Origin: Verrucomicrobiota bacterium
GTDB lineage: Bacteria; Verrucomicrobiota; Verrucomicrobiia; Limisphaerales; Palsa-1400
Direction: 5' to 3'
DNA: 17,929 bases
NCBI GenBank assembly: GCA_049510745.1
Contig: JBEKYR010000067.1
Location: 1-17,929, forward strand
The notes below the pieces were generated by a model. It ran no database searches and was not told where the DNA came from. It saw only the letters and a program-made list of their open reading frames with translations. This document shows positions 1 to 8,371 of this stretch, in pieces. Every line of letters begins with the position of its first letter. Position 1 is the stretch's first letter. A program made the translations under genes and the position numbers.

Positions 1-3000
1 CCGATTGGTCCTGCCACAGCGACACCTGGCCGGCGGCGTTGGTGACCACCCCCGCGTCCGCCTTGAGCCAGAGCCGCAACGTTCCGGAGTTGACCGACGG
101 CAATGTGGGCGTGAGGCCGGCGGTCGTGACGGAGAAGGTGACGTTGGTTCCGACAACGACGGTCTGACTTTGCGGCTGGGTGACGATGGTGGGCGGCGGC
201 AACGCGGTGACGCTGAGCAGCGCGTTGGAACTGGTCACGGAGCCGACGGTGTTGCTGACTTGGACGGCGTAGGAGCCGGCTTGATTGAACTGGACGTTAG
301 TCAAGGTCAGCGAAGCGTTGGTGGCGTTGCCGATATTCGTGGTGTTGAACGTCCACTGGTAGCTCAAGGGCGACGTTCCCTCCGCAGTCACGGCAAAGCT
401 TGTTGTGAAACCGACGACCACTGTCTGATTAATTGGCTGTGTGACAATCGTCGGCGGGACTGCGGAGACCGTCAGCGTCGCATTGGAACTGACCACCGAA
501 GCCAAGGCATTGCTCACAGTCACCACATAGGTGCCCGAATTCGTGAGGGCCAGATTGGTCAGCGTCAACGACGAGTTGGTGGCGTTGCCGATATTCGTGG
601 TGTTGAACGTCCACTGGTAGCTCAGCGGCTGCGTTCCCTTCGCGGTCACGGCAAAGGTCACTGAGCCGCCGACCACCGCGTCCTGGCTCTGGGGTTGGGC
701 GACGATGGTGGGGGGAGTTGGCGCGGGCGGGCATTTGCCGGTGAACGCGGCGGCGTAAATCGAGGCGATTTCCTCCCCGGTCAAGGCCCGGTTGTAAATC
801 GAAGTCTCGTCTATCTCTCCATCGAAAAAGAACGCGGGCGATCCATTTTCAATGTCAGCGCCGATCTGAAACGGATGTGCGTCATAGGCCATCGGCCCGC
901 TGGAAGCGCCCGAGGCCACCGCTGCTCCATCCACATAAAGCGTCTGGTAAGACGCGTTGGCGTCGAAGGTGTAAGCGACATGGTGCCAGGTGCCCGCCGC
1001 TGGCGCCCAATAGTAATCCAGAAACGGCTGGTTCCCCCCAGCCGTCGCAATGCCCGCAAACAATTGACCGCTGGTTTCCCAGACGGCGAAGGAGTCCAGC
1101 GTGCCGCTGCCGTAGGGCTTGGCGACAAACACTTGCAGCCCGCTGAAACTTCGGAAATTTAGCCAGCCCTCAACCGTCACGCTGGCGGGGCGCAGCGACG
1201 GGCTGTCCGGCACGACAACGTATTGATTGATTCCGTTCAACAAAAAGGCTTGTCCCACTTCACCCGGACCGAAGGAAGCCCCGTTCGTCAAGAAGCCGTC
1301 ATTGAGGCCGGTCAGGTCGTTGGCGTTGCCCTCGGCCGGCCACCAACTGATCAGGCCCGATGGCACGGGCGCGCAGGGCGGCGGTGGATTGACCGTAAGC
1401 ACGGCGTTGGAGCTGTTGGTTGCCCCCAACGTGTTGGTGACCGTCACGCTGTAACTTCCCGCCTCGCTGAAACTGGCGTTTGTCAATGTCAATAATGCGT
1501 TTGTGGCCCCGTTGATATTGGTCCCGTTGATCTGCCACTGGTAGGCCAGCGGCGGCGTCCCGTCGGCGGTGACGCTAAAGGCCGCAGTGAAACCCACGAA
1601 AACCGTTTGGTTGGTCGGCTGGGTCACGATGGTCGGGGGCACGCTCGGCACGACCTGCAACGCGAACTGGCGGTTTTGGGCAATGCCGGTGGAGATATTG
1701 CTAAACGCCACCACCGCCGTGTAATTTCCAATCGGCAGACTGTACGCCGTGGCGCCCAGGCTGACCAACGGCGTGCCGTCGAAGCCTCCCGCCGCCAGAG
1801 TCCCACCCGTCGGCGAAACTGTCAACCAGAGCGACGTGTTGACCATCGACCAATCCAGCGAAGTGGTGCCGGAGTTGGTCAGAACAAAACCTTCAGCGGT
1901 CACGGTGAACGGCCCGCCGGACCCGCCGACAGCCGTGAACCCTGTGTCCGGCAGGATGCCCAGTGGATCGGGCGTGGCCAGCGCAACGATCAGGTTCTGT
2001 CCGGCCGGAACGCCCCATCCGGTGCAGAGGTCGTAACCGGAAACCGCATAGAACTGGTTAGGGCTTTCCATGCTGGTGTTGTTTCCAGTCGTGATGTCGT
2101 GAAAGCACAACGCGTAATTCCCGCCGGAGCCGATCGTGTCAAGGGCCGGATTGATAAAACCGACCGTCGGCCGCCCGCTCATTACGGCTCGTTGATTGCA
2201 CAGCGCCGTGAACCCCGCCCACAATGGGGCGGCGCAACTCGTGCCCCCCACGGCGAAGTTCCAGCCATCCGCCCTCACGTAAACGTTGTCCGCCGTCAAG
2301 GCGACATCGGGCGTGTTTCGTTGAGTCGTTGACCCCTGGCTGGCCGCCATGCTGATATTCGTTTGGTAGCTCGGAATCGGATAATAGGTGCTGATGCCCC
2401 CGCCGCTGCCGATGCCGTTATTGCGATTCCAGACGGTTTCCGAAACCCAGGAGCCTCCCGGACCGCTGGTTGTCAAGGTCGTCCCGCCCACTTGGGTGAT
2501 GTTCGGAGAATCGCCGGGAAATGGAATCAAGCCCGTGTAGGCGTCGTAATCTCCCGACGCCTCGTAAAACGATTGCCCTTGCGCAGCCATCTCCTGGAAA
2601 ATCTGTTCCGCCGTTGCGTCCGGCCCCCCGTCGGGTATGTACCAGGAAGAACTCAACTGCTTGGCCAGATTGTCCGTCGCCATGCGATTGAGAATATCGT
2701 ACCAATTGCCATACGGCCCCGCCTCATAAACCAGCACCCCGGACAGACCCGGGGCCATGGAAATCGACATTTCTATGTCCAGCGACACTTCCACTTCTCC
2801 ACCGTAACCGGTCGGGTGGCCGCTGAAGCCGTCCAGCAGCACATTGGTCAACGGGACATTCGGCAAACCAGCCAGGCTTTCGTAATAGGCAATGTCGCTC
2901 GTCGTGTAGCCGTCGAACTGCAGCAGCCCGACCGTCTGCCCCGAACCGGTCATGGTCGTGTCCGGCACATAAGCCGCCCGAAAATCCTTCCCCATGTAAG

Positions 3001-3664
3001 TTCCATTCAAGCCGGAGCCGGCATTGGGCAACGCCTTTTGCCCGGCGACCAGCGGGGTGACCACCATCCGCGGCCGCGGCAGCGAATAATTCTCCAAACC
3101 GCTCACGTGCAGAACCGGCGTCGCCAGATCAAGCGACGGCTCGCTGTCCGGCGCATAAAAAGTGCGCGCTTCCGTCGGATGCTGATAGACCTGCATCTTC
3201 ACATGGAACGCCCGCTCCACGTCCGCCACCGCGCCGCTCACATCGAGCAACATGCGGTTCGGATGCTCGCCGCTTACCGTCAATCCGTTTGTCTTCGCAA
3301 ACGCCTTGACCGCCTCATAGTCCGCCACCGTCGGCCCGAACTGGTCCGTGAATTGCGCCGGCGTCAGGTAATGGCGGAAATTCGCGCTGGCCGGATCATA
3401 AATCTGCTTGAGCAACTGGCCCAACCCGTCGGCGTCGCGCAACGGCAGGCTGATCGCCAGATTCAGGCGATTGGTGCCCGCCAGGGGTCCGATCGGCTGC
3501 AACCCGGCCACCGCGGCGGGAATATGCCCGCGCAACGTCTGCCCTCCCGCTGCCGCAACGGGAAGCGCGAACAACATCGCAATCCATGCGAGCAGGAAAG
3601 CGGGGATCTGTGAGCGAAACCACTCATTCGGACGAAGACTCTGTGGTGAAACCTCGGACTTCAT
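1..3664 (-). CDS. Large secreted S53-family (sedolisin/kumamolisin-like) serine peptidase with pro-domain, BACON-like, Ig-like and LamG domains; 3' end outside window (>1221 aa)
   Basis: Translated by hand from ATG at 3664-3662, with an upstream GAAAGG SD-like motif: MKSEVSPQ...FLLAWIAMLFALPVAAA (signal peptide). Pro-kumamolisin activation domain (LKQIYDPASANFRHYLTPAQFTDQFGPT). Catalytic motifs EVSLD (2777-2791), SGD and GGTSCAAP (Ser codon 2237-2239), plus Ca-site GYDLCTGWG. Then a BACON-like domain (~1650-1975), Ig (~1390-1640), LamG (~735-1365; SWWPAEGNAND...WHHVAYTFD...LYVDG...FDGEIDETSIYNRAL), two further Ig domains and the start of another module. The frame is open to the window edge. 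Confidence 0.93.
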   Translation of the reverse strand, partial: MKSEVSPQSLRPNEWFRSQIPAFLLAWIAMLFALPVAAAGGQTLRGHIPAAVAGLQPIGPLAGTNRLNLAISLPLRDADGLGQLLKQIYDPASANFRHYLTPAQFTDQFGPTVADYEAVKAFAKTNGLTVSGEHPNRMLLDVSGAVADVERAFHVKMQVYQHPTEARTFYAPDSEPSLDLATPVLHVSGLENYSLPRPRMVVTPLVAGQKALPNAGSGLNGTYMGKDFRAAYVPDTTMTGSGQTVGLLQFDGYTTSDIAYYESLAGLPNVPLTNVLLDGFSGHPTGYGGEVEVSLDIEMSISMAPGLSGVLVYEAGPYGNWYDILNRMATDNLAKQLSSSWYIPDGGPDATAEQIFQEMAAQGQSFYEASGDYDAYTGLIPFPGDSPNITQVGGTTLTTSGPGGSWVSETVWNRNNGIGSGGGISTYYPIPSYQTNISMAASQGSTTQRNTPDVALTADNVYVRADGWNFAVGGTSCAAPLWAGFTALCNQRAVMSGRPTVGFINPALDTIGSGGNYALCFHDITTGNNTSMESPNQFYAVSGYDLCTGWGVPAGQNLIVALATPDPLGILPDTGFTAVGGSGGPFTVTAEGFVLTNSGTTSLDWSMVNTSLWLTVSPTGGTLAAGGFDGTPLVSLGATAYSLPIGNYTAVVAFSNISTGIAQNRQFALQVVPSVPPTIVTQPTNQTVFVGFTAAFSVTADGTPPLAYQWQINGTNINGATNALLTLTNASFSEAGSYSVTVTNTLGATNSSNAVLTVNPPPPCAPVPSGLISWWPAEGNANDLTGLNDGFLTNGASFGPGEVGQAFLLNGINQYVVVPDSPSLRPASVTVEGWLNFRSFSGLQVFVAKPYGSGTLDSFAVWETSGQLFAGIATAGGNQPFLDYYWAPAAGTWHHVAYTFDANASYQTLYVDGAAVASGASSGPMAYDAHPFQIGADIENGSPAFFFDGEIDETSIYNRALTGEEIASIYAAAFTGKCPPAPTPPTIVAQPQSQDAVVGGSVTFAVTAKGTQPLSYQWTFNTTNIGNATNSSLTLTNLALTNSGTYVVTVSNALASVVSSNATLTVSAVPPTIVTQPINQTVVVGFTTSFAVTAEGTSPLSYQWTFNTTNIGNATNASLTLTNVQFNQAGSYAVQVSNTVGSVTSSNALLSVTALPPPTIVTQPQSQTVVVGTNVTFSVTTAGLTPTLPSVNSGTLRLWLKADAGVVTNAAGQVSLWQDQS
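317..624. repeat. 50-bp perfect direct repeat (317-366 and 575-624) in tandem Ig-domain coding units
   Basis: GTTGGTGGCGTTGCCGATATTCGTGGTGTTGAACGTCCACTGGTAGCTCA occurs twice, 258 bp (86 codons) apart. Similarity continues imperfectly to ~398/656. Confidence 0.95.
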
Positions 3665-3885
3665 TGTTTAGCCTTTCGTATTCGGCCCACCCCGGAAGGT
3701 GGATCAATGAGTCTAACCTCAAAGAGATCGAAGAATTAGTCAAGATTATTCTGGCGAGCGAAATTGGGGCGCGCGATGGGGACATCCACTCCTCAACAGG
3801 GAAGCCCCGTTGTCTGAACGCGGTCAGCGCAACATCTTGGGTCAATAGAATCAAGTAAACTTTTCAAGTTTGATAAACATCGGGC

Positions 3886-3913
3886 TTGCAACCCCTCGGC
3901 TCGTTGTTATCTT
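3886..3913 (+). promoter_or_regulatory. Putative sigma70 promoter of rfbF operon
   Basis: TTGCAA (3886-3891), 16-bp spacer, extended -10 TGtTATCTT (3905-3913), 27 bp upstream of the rfbF ATG. Confidence 0.5.
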
Positions 3914-3940
3914 GCCCCTTCTTTTTGTGAAGCGGCATTT

Positions 3941-4729
3941 ATGAAAGTTGTCATCCTGTGCGGCGGCAAGGGCACCCGGCTGCGGGAGGAAACCGAGTAT
4001 CGCCCCAAACCGATGGTCCCCATCGGCAACCGGCCCATTTTGTGGCATATCATGAAGATCTATGCCGCCTTCGGGTTCAATGAGTTTGTTCTCTGCCTCG
4101 GCTACAAGGGCGACATGATCAAGGATTTCTTCCGCAATTACCTCTGGCTGACCAGCCACGTCACTTTGCGGCTTGGACAGCAGGCGGATGTCCGGTTCCA
4201 CAATCACCACGGCGAGGAGGATTGGACAGTCACTCTGGCGGATACCGGCGAGGAGACCATGACGGCCGGCCGCATCCGGCGGGTGAGGCAATTCCTGGGC
4301 GACGACCCCGAGTTTTTCCTCACTTATGGCGATGGGGTGGGCAATATCGACCTGGCCGCTGCCCTGGCTTTTCATCGGAAGCACGGAAAAAAGCTCACCG
4401 TCACCGCGGTCCGTCCGCCGGGGCGGTTTGGGGAATTGGGCATCGCTCCAGAGGGCCGCGTGCTGGAATTCAATGAAAAACCGCAGGCCGCCGAGGGCCG
4501 GATCAACGGCGGGTTCTTCGTGGCGTCCCGCGCGGTTTTCGATTATCTTGGCGAGGATGCCGACGAGGTCATGTTCGAGCAAAAGCCCGTGCAAACCATC
4601 GCCAGGGAGGGCCAATTGATGGCTTTCCCGCATGACGGTTTTTGGCAGCCGATGGACACTTTTTCGGAGTACAGTTTGTTGAACCGATTGTGGGCGGAGG
4701 GCAAAGCGCCCTGGAAAATCTGGAAATGA
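3941..4729 (+). CDS. rfbF: Glucose-1-phosphate cytidylyltransferase
   Basis: MKVVILCGGKGTRLREETEYRPKPMVPIG...LTYGDG...INGGFF...HDGFWQPMDT...KAPWKIW are typical RfbF/DdhA signatures. Confidence 0.96.
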   Translation: MKVVILCGGKGTRLREETEYRPKPMVPIGNRPILWHIMKIYAAFGFNEFVLCLGYKGDMIKDFFRNYLWLTSHVTLRLGQQADVRFHNHHGEEDWTVTLADTGEETMTAGRIRRVRQFLGDDPEFFLTYGDGVGNIDLAAALAFHRKHGKKLTVTAVRPPGRFGELGIAPEGRVLEFNEKPQAAEGRINGGFFVASRAVFDYLGEDADEVMFEQKPVQTIAREGQLMAFPHDGFWQPMDTFSEYSLLNRLWAEGKAPWKIWK

Positions 4730-5856
4730 GGACGCTCTTCGGCTCCGCTTTCAACGGCAGGCGCGTGTTGGTCACCGGCCACACCGGCTTCAAGGGCGCG
4801 TGGCTGTGCGAATGGCTGTTGGGCCTGGGCGCCGAAGTCACCGGCGTCAGCCTGCCGCCCCACACGGACCCTTCGCTCTTTGCCCAACTGGGTTTGGCCC
4901 GCCGTTTGCGCCATATTATTGGCGACATCCAAGACCCGGCTGTGTTGGCGAAGGCCGTCACCGGCTGCCAGCCGGATTTCGTTTTCCATCTGGCGGCCCA
5001 GGCGGTGGTGCGGGAATCTTACTTGCGCCCGCGCGAGACGTTTAACGTTAACGCCATGGGAACTCTCCATTTGCTCGAAGCCCTCAAGGATTTCAAAAAG
5101 CCGTGCGCGGCCGTTCTCGTCACCACGGACAAATGCTACGAAAACCGCGAATGGCATCACGGCTACCGCGAAGATGACCGGTTGGGCGGACGCGACCCTT
5201 ACAGCGCCAGCAAAGCCGCGGCGGAATTGATCATCGCGTCTTATCGCCATTCCTTTTTTCAGGACCATGCCGTCCAGATCGCCAGCGGCCGCGCCGGCAA
5301 CGTGATCGGCGGCGGCGATTGGGCCAAAGACCGGCTGGTTCCCGACTGCATCCGCGCCCTGCAAAAGAACCAGCCTATTCCGGTGCGCAACCCGCGCGCC
5401 ACCCGCCCGTGGCAGCACGTCCTGGAGCCGCTCAGCGGCTATCTCTGGCTGGGCGCCTCGCTGGCCGAGCCGAAACTGCGCCGCTGCGATTTGTCCCTGC
5501 TGGCTTCTCCTTTCAACTTCGGTCCGAACCGCGACGCCCATCGCACGGTGGAAGAGTTGGTGGAGGAAGTCTTGCGCCACTGGCCGGGAACTTGGCGGGA
5601 CAAGACCGACCCCAAGGCGCCGCACGAGGCGGGATGTCTCCAATTATCCACCGACAAAGCCGCCGGGTTGCTGCGATGGTTCCCGATCTGGTCGTTTTCC
5701 GAAGCCGTGGAAAAAACGGTGGAATGGTATCGCGACGCCCGGCACTGCAAGACGGCCGGGGAATTTCAAAAACGAACGCGGGAGCAAATCGCGCAGTACA
5801 CCGGGCGCGCCGGGGCCGGCAAAGCGCCCTGGACCCAACCCGCCGCGCGCCCATGA
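4726..5856 (+). CDS. rfbG: CDP-glucose 4,6-dehydratase
   Basis: VTGHTGFKGAWL, HLAAQ, TTDKCYEN, DPYSASK, RAGNVIGGGDW, TRPWQHVLEPLSGY. ATG at 4726 overlaps the rfbF stop (ATGA), so the ORF-track start at 4642 is too early. Confidence 0.96.
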   Translation: MRTLFGSAFNGRRVLVTGHTGFKGAWLCEWLLGLGAEVTGVSLPPHTDPSLFAQLGLARRLRHIIGDIQDPAVLAKAVTGCQPDFVFHLAAQAVVRESYLRPRETFNVNAMGTLHLLEALKDFKKPCAAVLVTTDKCYENREWHHGYREDDRLGGRDPYSASKAAAELIIASYRHSFFQDHAVQIASGRAGNVIGGGDWAKDRLVPDCIRALQKNQPIPVRNPRATRPWQHVLEPLSGYLWLGASLAEPKLRRCDLSLLASPFNFGPNRDAHRTVEELVEEVLRHWPGTWRDKTDPKAPHEAGCLQLSTDKAAGLLRWFPIWSFSEAVEKTVEWYRDARHCKTAGEFQKRTREQIAQYTGRAGAGKAPWTQPAARP

Positions 5857-7271
5857 ATTCTCCCGAAGAAATCCGGGCCGAGATTTTGCGCCTGACGCGC
5901 GAGTACTCGCGCCGGACCCATCAAGGCAATCTGCCGGGTTACGGCCAGGCGCCGCGGCGCAAATTCGTGGCGGGGGAGACGGTGATCCCCTACGCCGGCC
6001 GTGTTTTTGACGAAGAGGAAGTGGCCGCCGCCATTTCCTCGACCCTGGACTTCTGGCTGACGCTGGGCAAGGAGGGGGAAGCGTTCGAGGAAAGCCTGGC
6101 CCGGTTTTTAGGAGTCAAGAAGAGCGTGCTCTGCAACTCCGGCTCGTCCGCCAATCTCCTGGCCGTCGCCGCGCTCTCCAGCCCCAGGCTGGGCGCCCGC
6201 CGGCTCAAGCCGGGCGACGAGATCATCACGGTGGCCGCCGGTTTCCCCACCACCGTCGCGCCCATCCTGCAAAACGGCTTCGTCCCGGTTTTTATTGACA
6301 GCGAACCGGTGACGTTGAACGCAAAGGTGGAGGGGCTGGAGGAGGCGTATGCCGCGGGCAAAACCAAGGCGGTCATTTTCGCGCACACCTTGGGCAATCC
6401 GTTCGACCTTTCCGCCGTCGCGGCGTTCTGCAAAAAGCACGGGTTGTGGCTGATCGAGGACAACTGCGACGCGCTGGGCTGTTCCTACGACGGCAAGCTG
6501 ACGGGCGCGTTCGGCGATCTCTCGACGCAATCGTTTTATCCGCCGCATCATTTGACGCTGGGAGAGGGCGGGGCGGTCAACATCATCGACAGCCTGAAGT
6601 TCAAGGCGATTGTGGAGAGCTTTCGCGATTGGGGGCGGGACTGCTGGTGCGCCAGCGGGAGGGACAACACCTGCGGCAAACGATTTGACTGGCAGTTGGG
6701 CGAATTGCCCAGCGGTTACGACCACAAATATATTTACTCGCACCTCGGCTATAATCTCAAACCGCTGGACATCCAGGCGGCCATTGGGCGGGTGCAGTTG
6801 CAAAAGCTGCCGCAGTTCATCCAGGCCCGGATCGACAACTGGAATTATCTGCGGCGCGGGTTGCGCGGGTGCGAGGACGTGCTGGATTTCATGCTGCCGA
6901 CCCACGCCACCGGCTGGTCGCCGGAAGGTTTTTCGTGGGACGCTTCCGGGCATCGCACGGTCTGCTCGTGGTTCGGTTTTCTGCTGCGGGTCAAACCCGG
7001 CGGGCCGTTCAGCAAAGTCGAGCTGGCCCGGCACCTGGATCAGCACAAGATCGGCAACCGGATGCTCTTTGGCGGCAATCTGCTGCGCCAGCCCGTCATG
7101 GTTCAACTCCGCAAGGACCGGCCCGGCGCCTTCCGCGTCGCGGGCCGGATGGATGGGGCCGACAAGATCATGAACGAGGTTTTGTTCGTCGGCACCTATC
7201 CGGGGTTGACGCGCGAAATGCTCGATTACGTGATCGAGGTCATCGAAAAGTTTTGCCACGGCAAGAGGTGA
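5853..7271 (+). CDS. rfbH: CDP-4-keto-6-deoxyglucose 3-dehydrase (E1; PMP/[2Fe-2S], DdhC/RfbH)
   Basis: NSGSSANL, EDNCDALG, SFYPPHHLTLGEGG (His at the usual PLP-Lys position), Fe-S ligand motif RDCWC..G.DNTC...YDHKY. ATG at 5853 overlaps the rfbG stop (ATGA). Confidence 0.95.
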   Translation: MNSPEEIRAEILRLTREYSRRTHQGNLPGYGQAPRRKFVAGETVIPYAGRVFDEEEVAAAISSTLDFWLTLGKEGEAFEESLARFLGVKKSVLCNSGSSANLLAVAALSSPRLGARRLKPGDEIITVAAGFPTTVAPILQNGFVPVFIDSEPVTLNAKVEGLEEAYAAGKTKAVIFAHTLGNPFDLSAVAAFCKKHGLWLIEDNCDALGCSYDGKLTGAFGDLSTQSFYPPHHLTLGEGGAVNIIDSLKFKAIVESFRDWGRDCWCASGRDNTCGKRFDWQLGELPSGYDHKYIYSHLGYNLKPLDIQAAIGRVQLQKLPQFIQARIDNWNYLRRGLRGCEDVLDFMLPTHATGWSPEGFSWDASGHRTVCSWFGFLLRVKPGGPFSKVELARHLDQHKIGNRMLFGGNLLRQPVMVQLRKDRPGAFRVAGRMDGADKIMNEVLFVGTYPGLTREMLDYVIEVIEKFCHGKR

Positions 7272-7273
7272 GC

Positions 7274-8314
7274 ATGTTCGACAACCCGTTATCCGCGGAC
7301 CTTGACCATGTGGTGGAACACATCGGTCCTTACTGTGAGGAATTGCGCAAGGAGCGAATTTTTATCACCGGCGGAACGGGTTTTTTGGGGTGCTGGCTGT
7401 TGGAAAGTTTCGCCTGGGCCAATGAACGGCTGGGCTTGAGGGCGAAGGCGGTGGTCCTGACCCGCAACCTCGAAGCCTTTCAGCGGAAAGCGCCGCATTT
7501 GGCCAATCGCCCGGACATCCGCTTCCATATCGGCGATGTGCGGAATTTTAAGTTTCCCCGAGGCCGGTTTTCGCACGTGATCCAAGCCGCGACCGAGGCG
7601 AGCGCGAAGCTGAACACGAAAGACCTGCCCTTGATGCTGGAGACGATGATGTTCGGAACGGCGCGCGCGCTGGAATTCGCGGCCCGATGCGGCGCGCAAA
7701 AGTTCCTGTTGACAAGTTCCGGAGCGGTTTATGGCAAACTGCCGGCGGACATGACGCACGTTTCCGAGGAATACATAGGAGCGCTTGATGTCCCGCTGCC
7801 GCAATTGGCCTACGGCGAGGGCAAACGGGTGAGTGAGTTGGTTTGCGCCCTTCGCGAAAGCCGCGACGGGATCAAAACGAAGATTGCGCGCTGTTTCGCG
7901 TTTGTCGGGCCGTATCTGCCGTTGGACGAGCATCTTGCCATCGGCAATTTCATTCGCGACGCCCTGGCAGGCGGACCGATCGTGGTCAAGGGCGACGGCA
8001 CGCCGTATCGCTCCTACCTTTACGCGGCCGATCTGGCGATTTGGCTCTGGCGGATTCTCCTGGGCGGCGTGGCCAACCGCCCCTACAACGTGGGATCGCG
8101 CAACCCATTGACCATCGCCGAGGTGGCCGCCGCCGTCAGCCGCGCGCTTCCCGGCAACGTGCCGGTGTCTATCGCGGAGAAGCCCGTTCCGGGCCGGCCG
8201 CCGCAACGGTACGTGCCGGACACTTCCCGCGCGGAAAGTGAACTGGGCCTGCGAGAATGGATCGGATTGGAGGAGGCGATCCGGCGCACGGCGCAATGGC
8301 ACCGAAAAAGATAA
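7274..8314 (+). CDS. NAD(P)-dependent extended SDR nucleotide-sugar reductase/epimerase (YerF-like role plausible)
   Basis: ITGGTGFLG Rossmann motif, TSSGAVYG, YGEGK (YxxxK), GDGTPYRSYLY. ATG lies 2 nt after the rfbH stop; an in-frame GTG at 7268 overlapping the stop is an alternative start. Confidence 0.9.
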   Translation: MFDNPLSADLDHVVEHIGPYCEELRKERIFITGGTGFLGCWLLESFAWANERLGLRAKAVVLTRNLEAFQRKAPHLANRPDIRFHIGDVRNFKFPRGRFSHVIQAATEASAKLNTKDLPLMLETMMFGTARALEFAARCGAQKFLLTSSGAVYGKLPADMTHVSEEYIGALDVPLPQLAYGEGKRVSELVCALRESRDGIKTKIARCFAFVGPYLPLDEHLAIGNFIRDALAGGPIVVKGDGTPYRSYLYAADLAIWLWRILLGGVANRPYNVGSRNPLTIAEVAAAVSRALPGNVPVSIAEKPVPGRPPQRYVPDTSRAESELGLREWIGLEEAIRRTAQWHRKR

Positions 8315-8371
8315 AAGATTTGAATTCCGGGAAGCGGAAGGTTATTCAAACACCCCTTAACTGCACATGAG

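Noticed and set aside
317..624. 50-bp repeat as a CRISPR array or a DGR template/variable repeat pair
   Set aside because: Only two copies, in frame within Ig domains, with no adenine-specific mismatches in the core and no cas or reverse transcriptase gene in the window
5..3613. Long + strand ORFs (5-664, 695-1162, 1607-2332, 2363-3613)
   Set aside because: Arg/Gly-rich antisense shadows of the real minus-strand S53 gene, with no recognisable motifs
5319..5852. Apparent 178-aa N-terminal extension of RfbH (similar extensions at 4642, 6869, 12053 and 15574)
   Set aside because: These overlap upstream genes or intergenic DNA and are low-complexity; downstream ATGs match family N-termini and, for rfbG and rfbH, ATGA coupling
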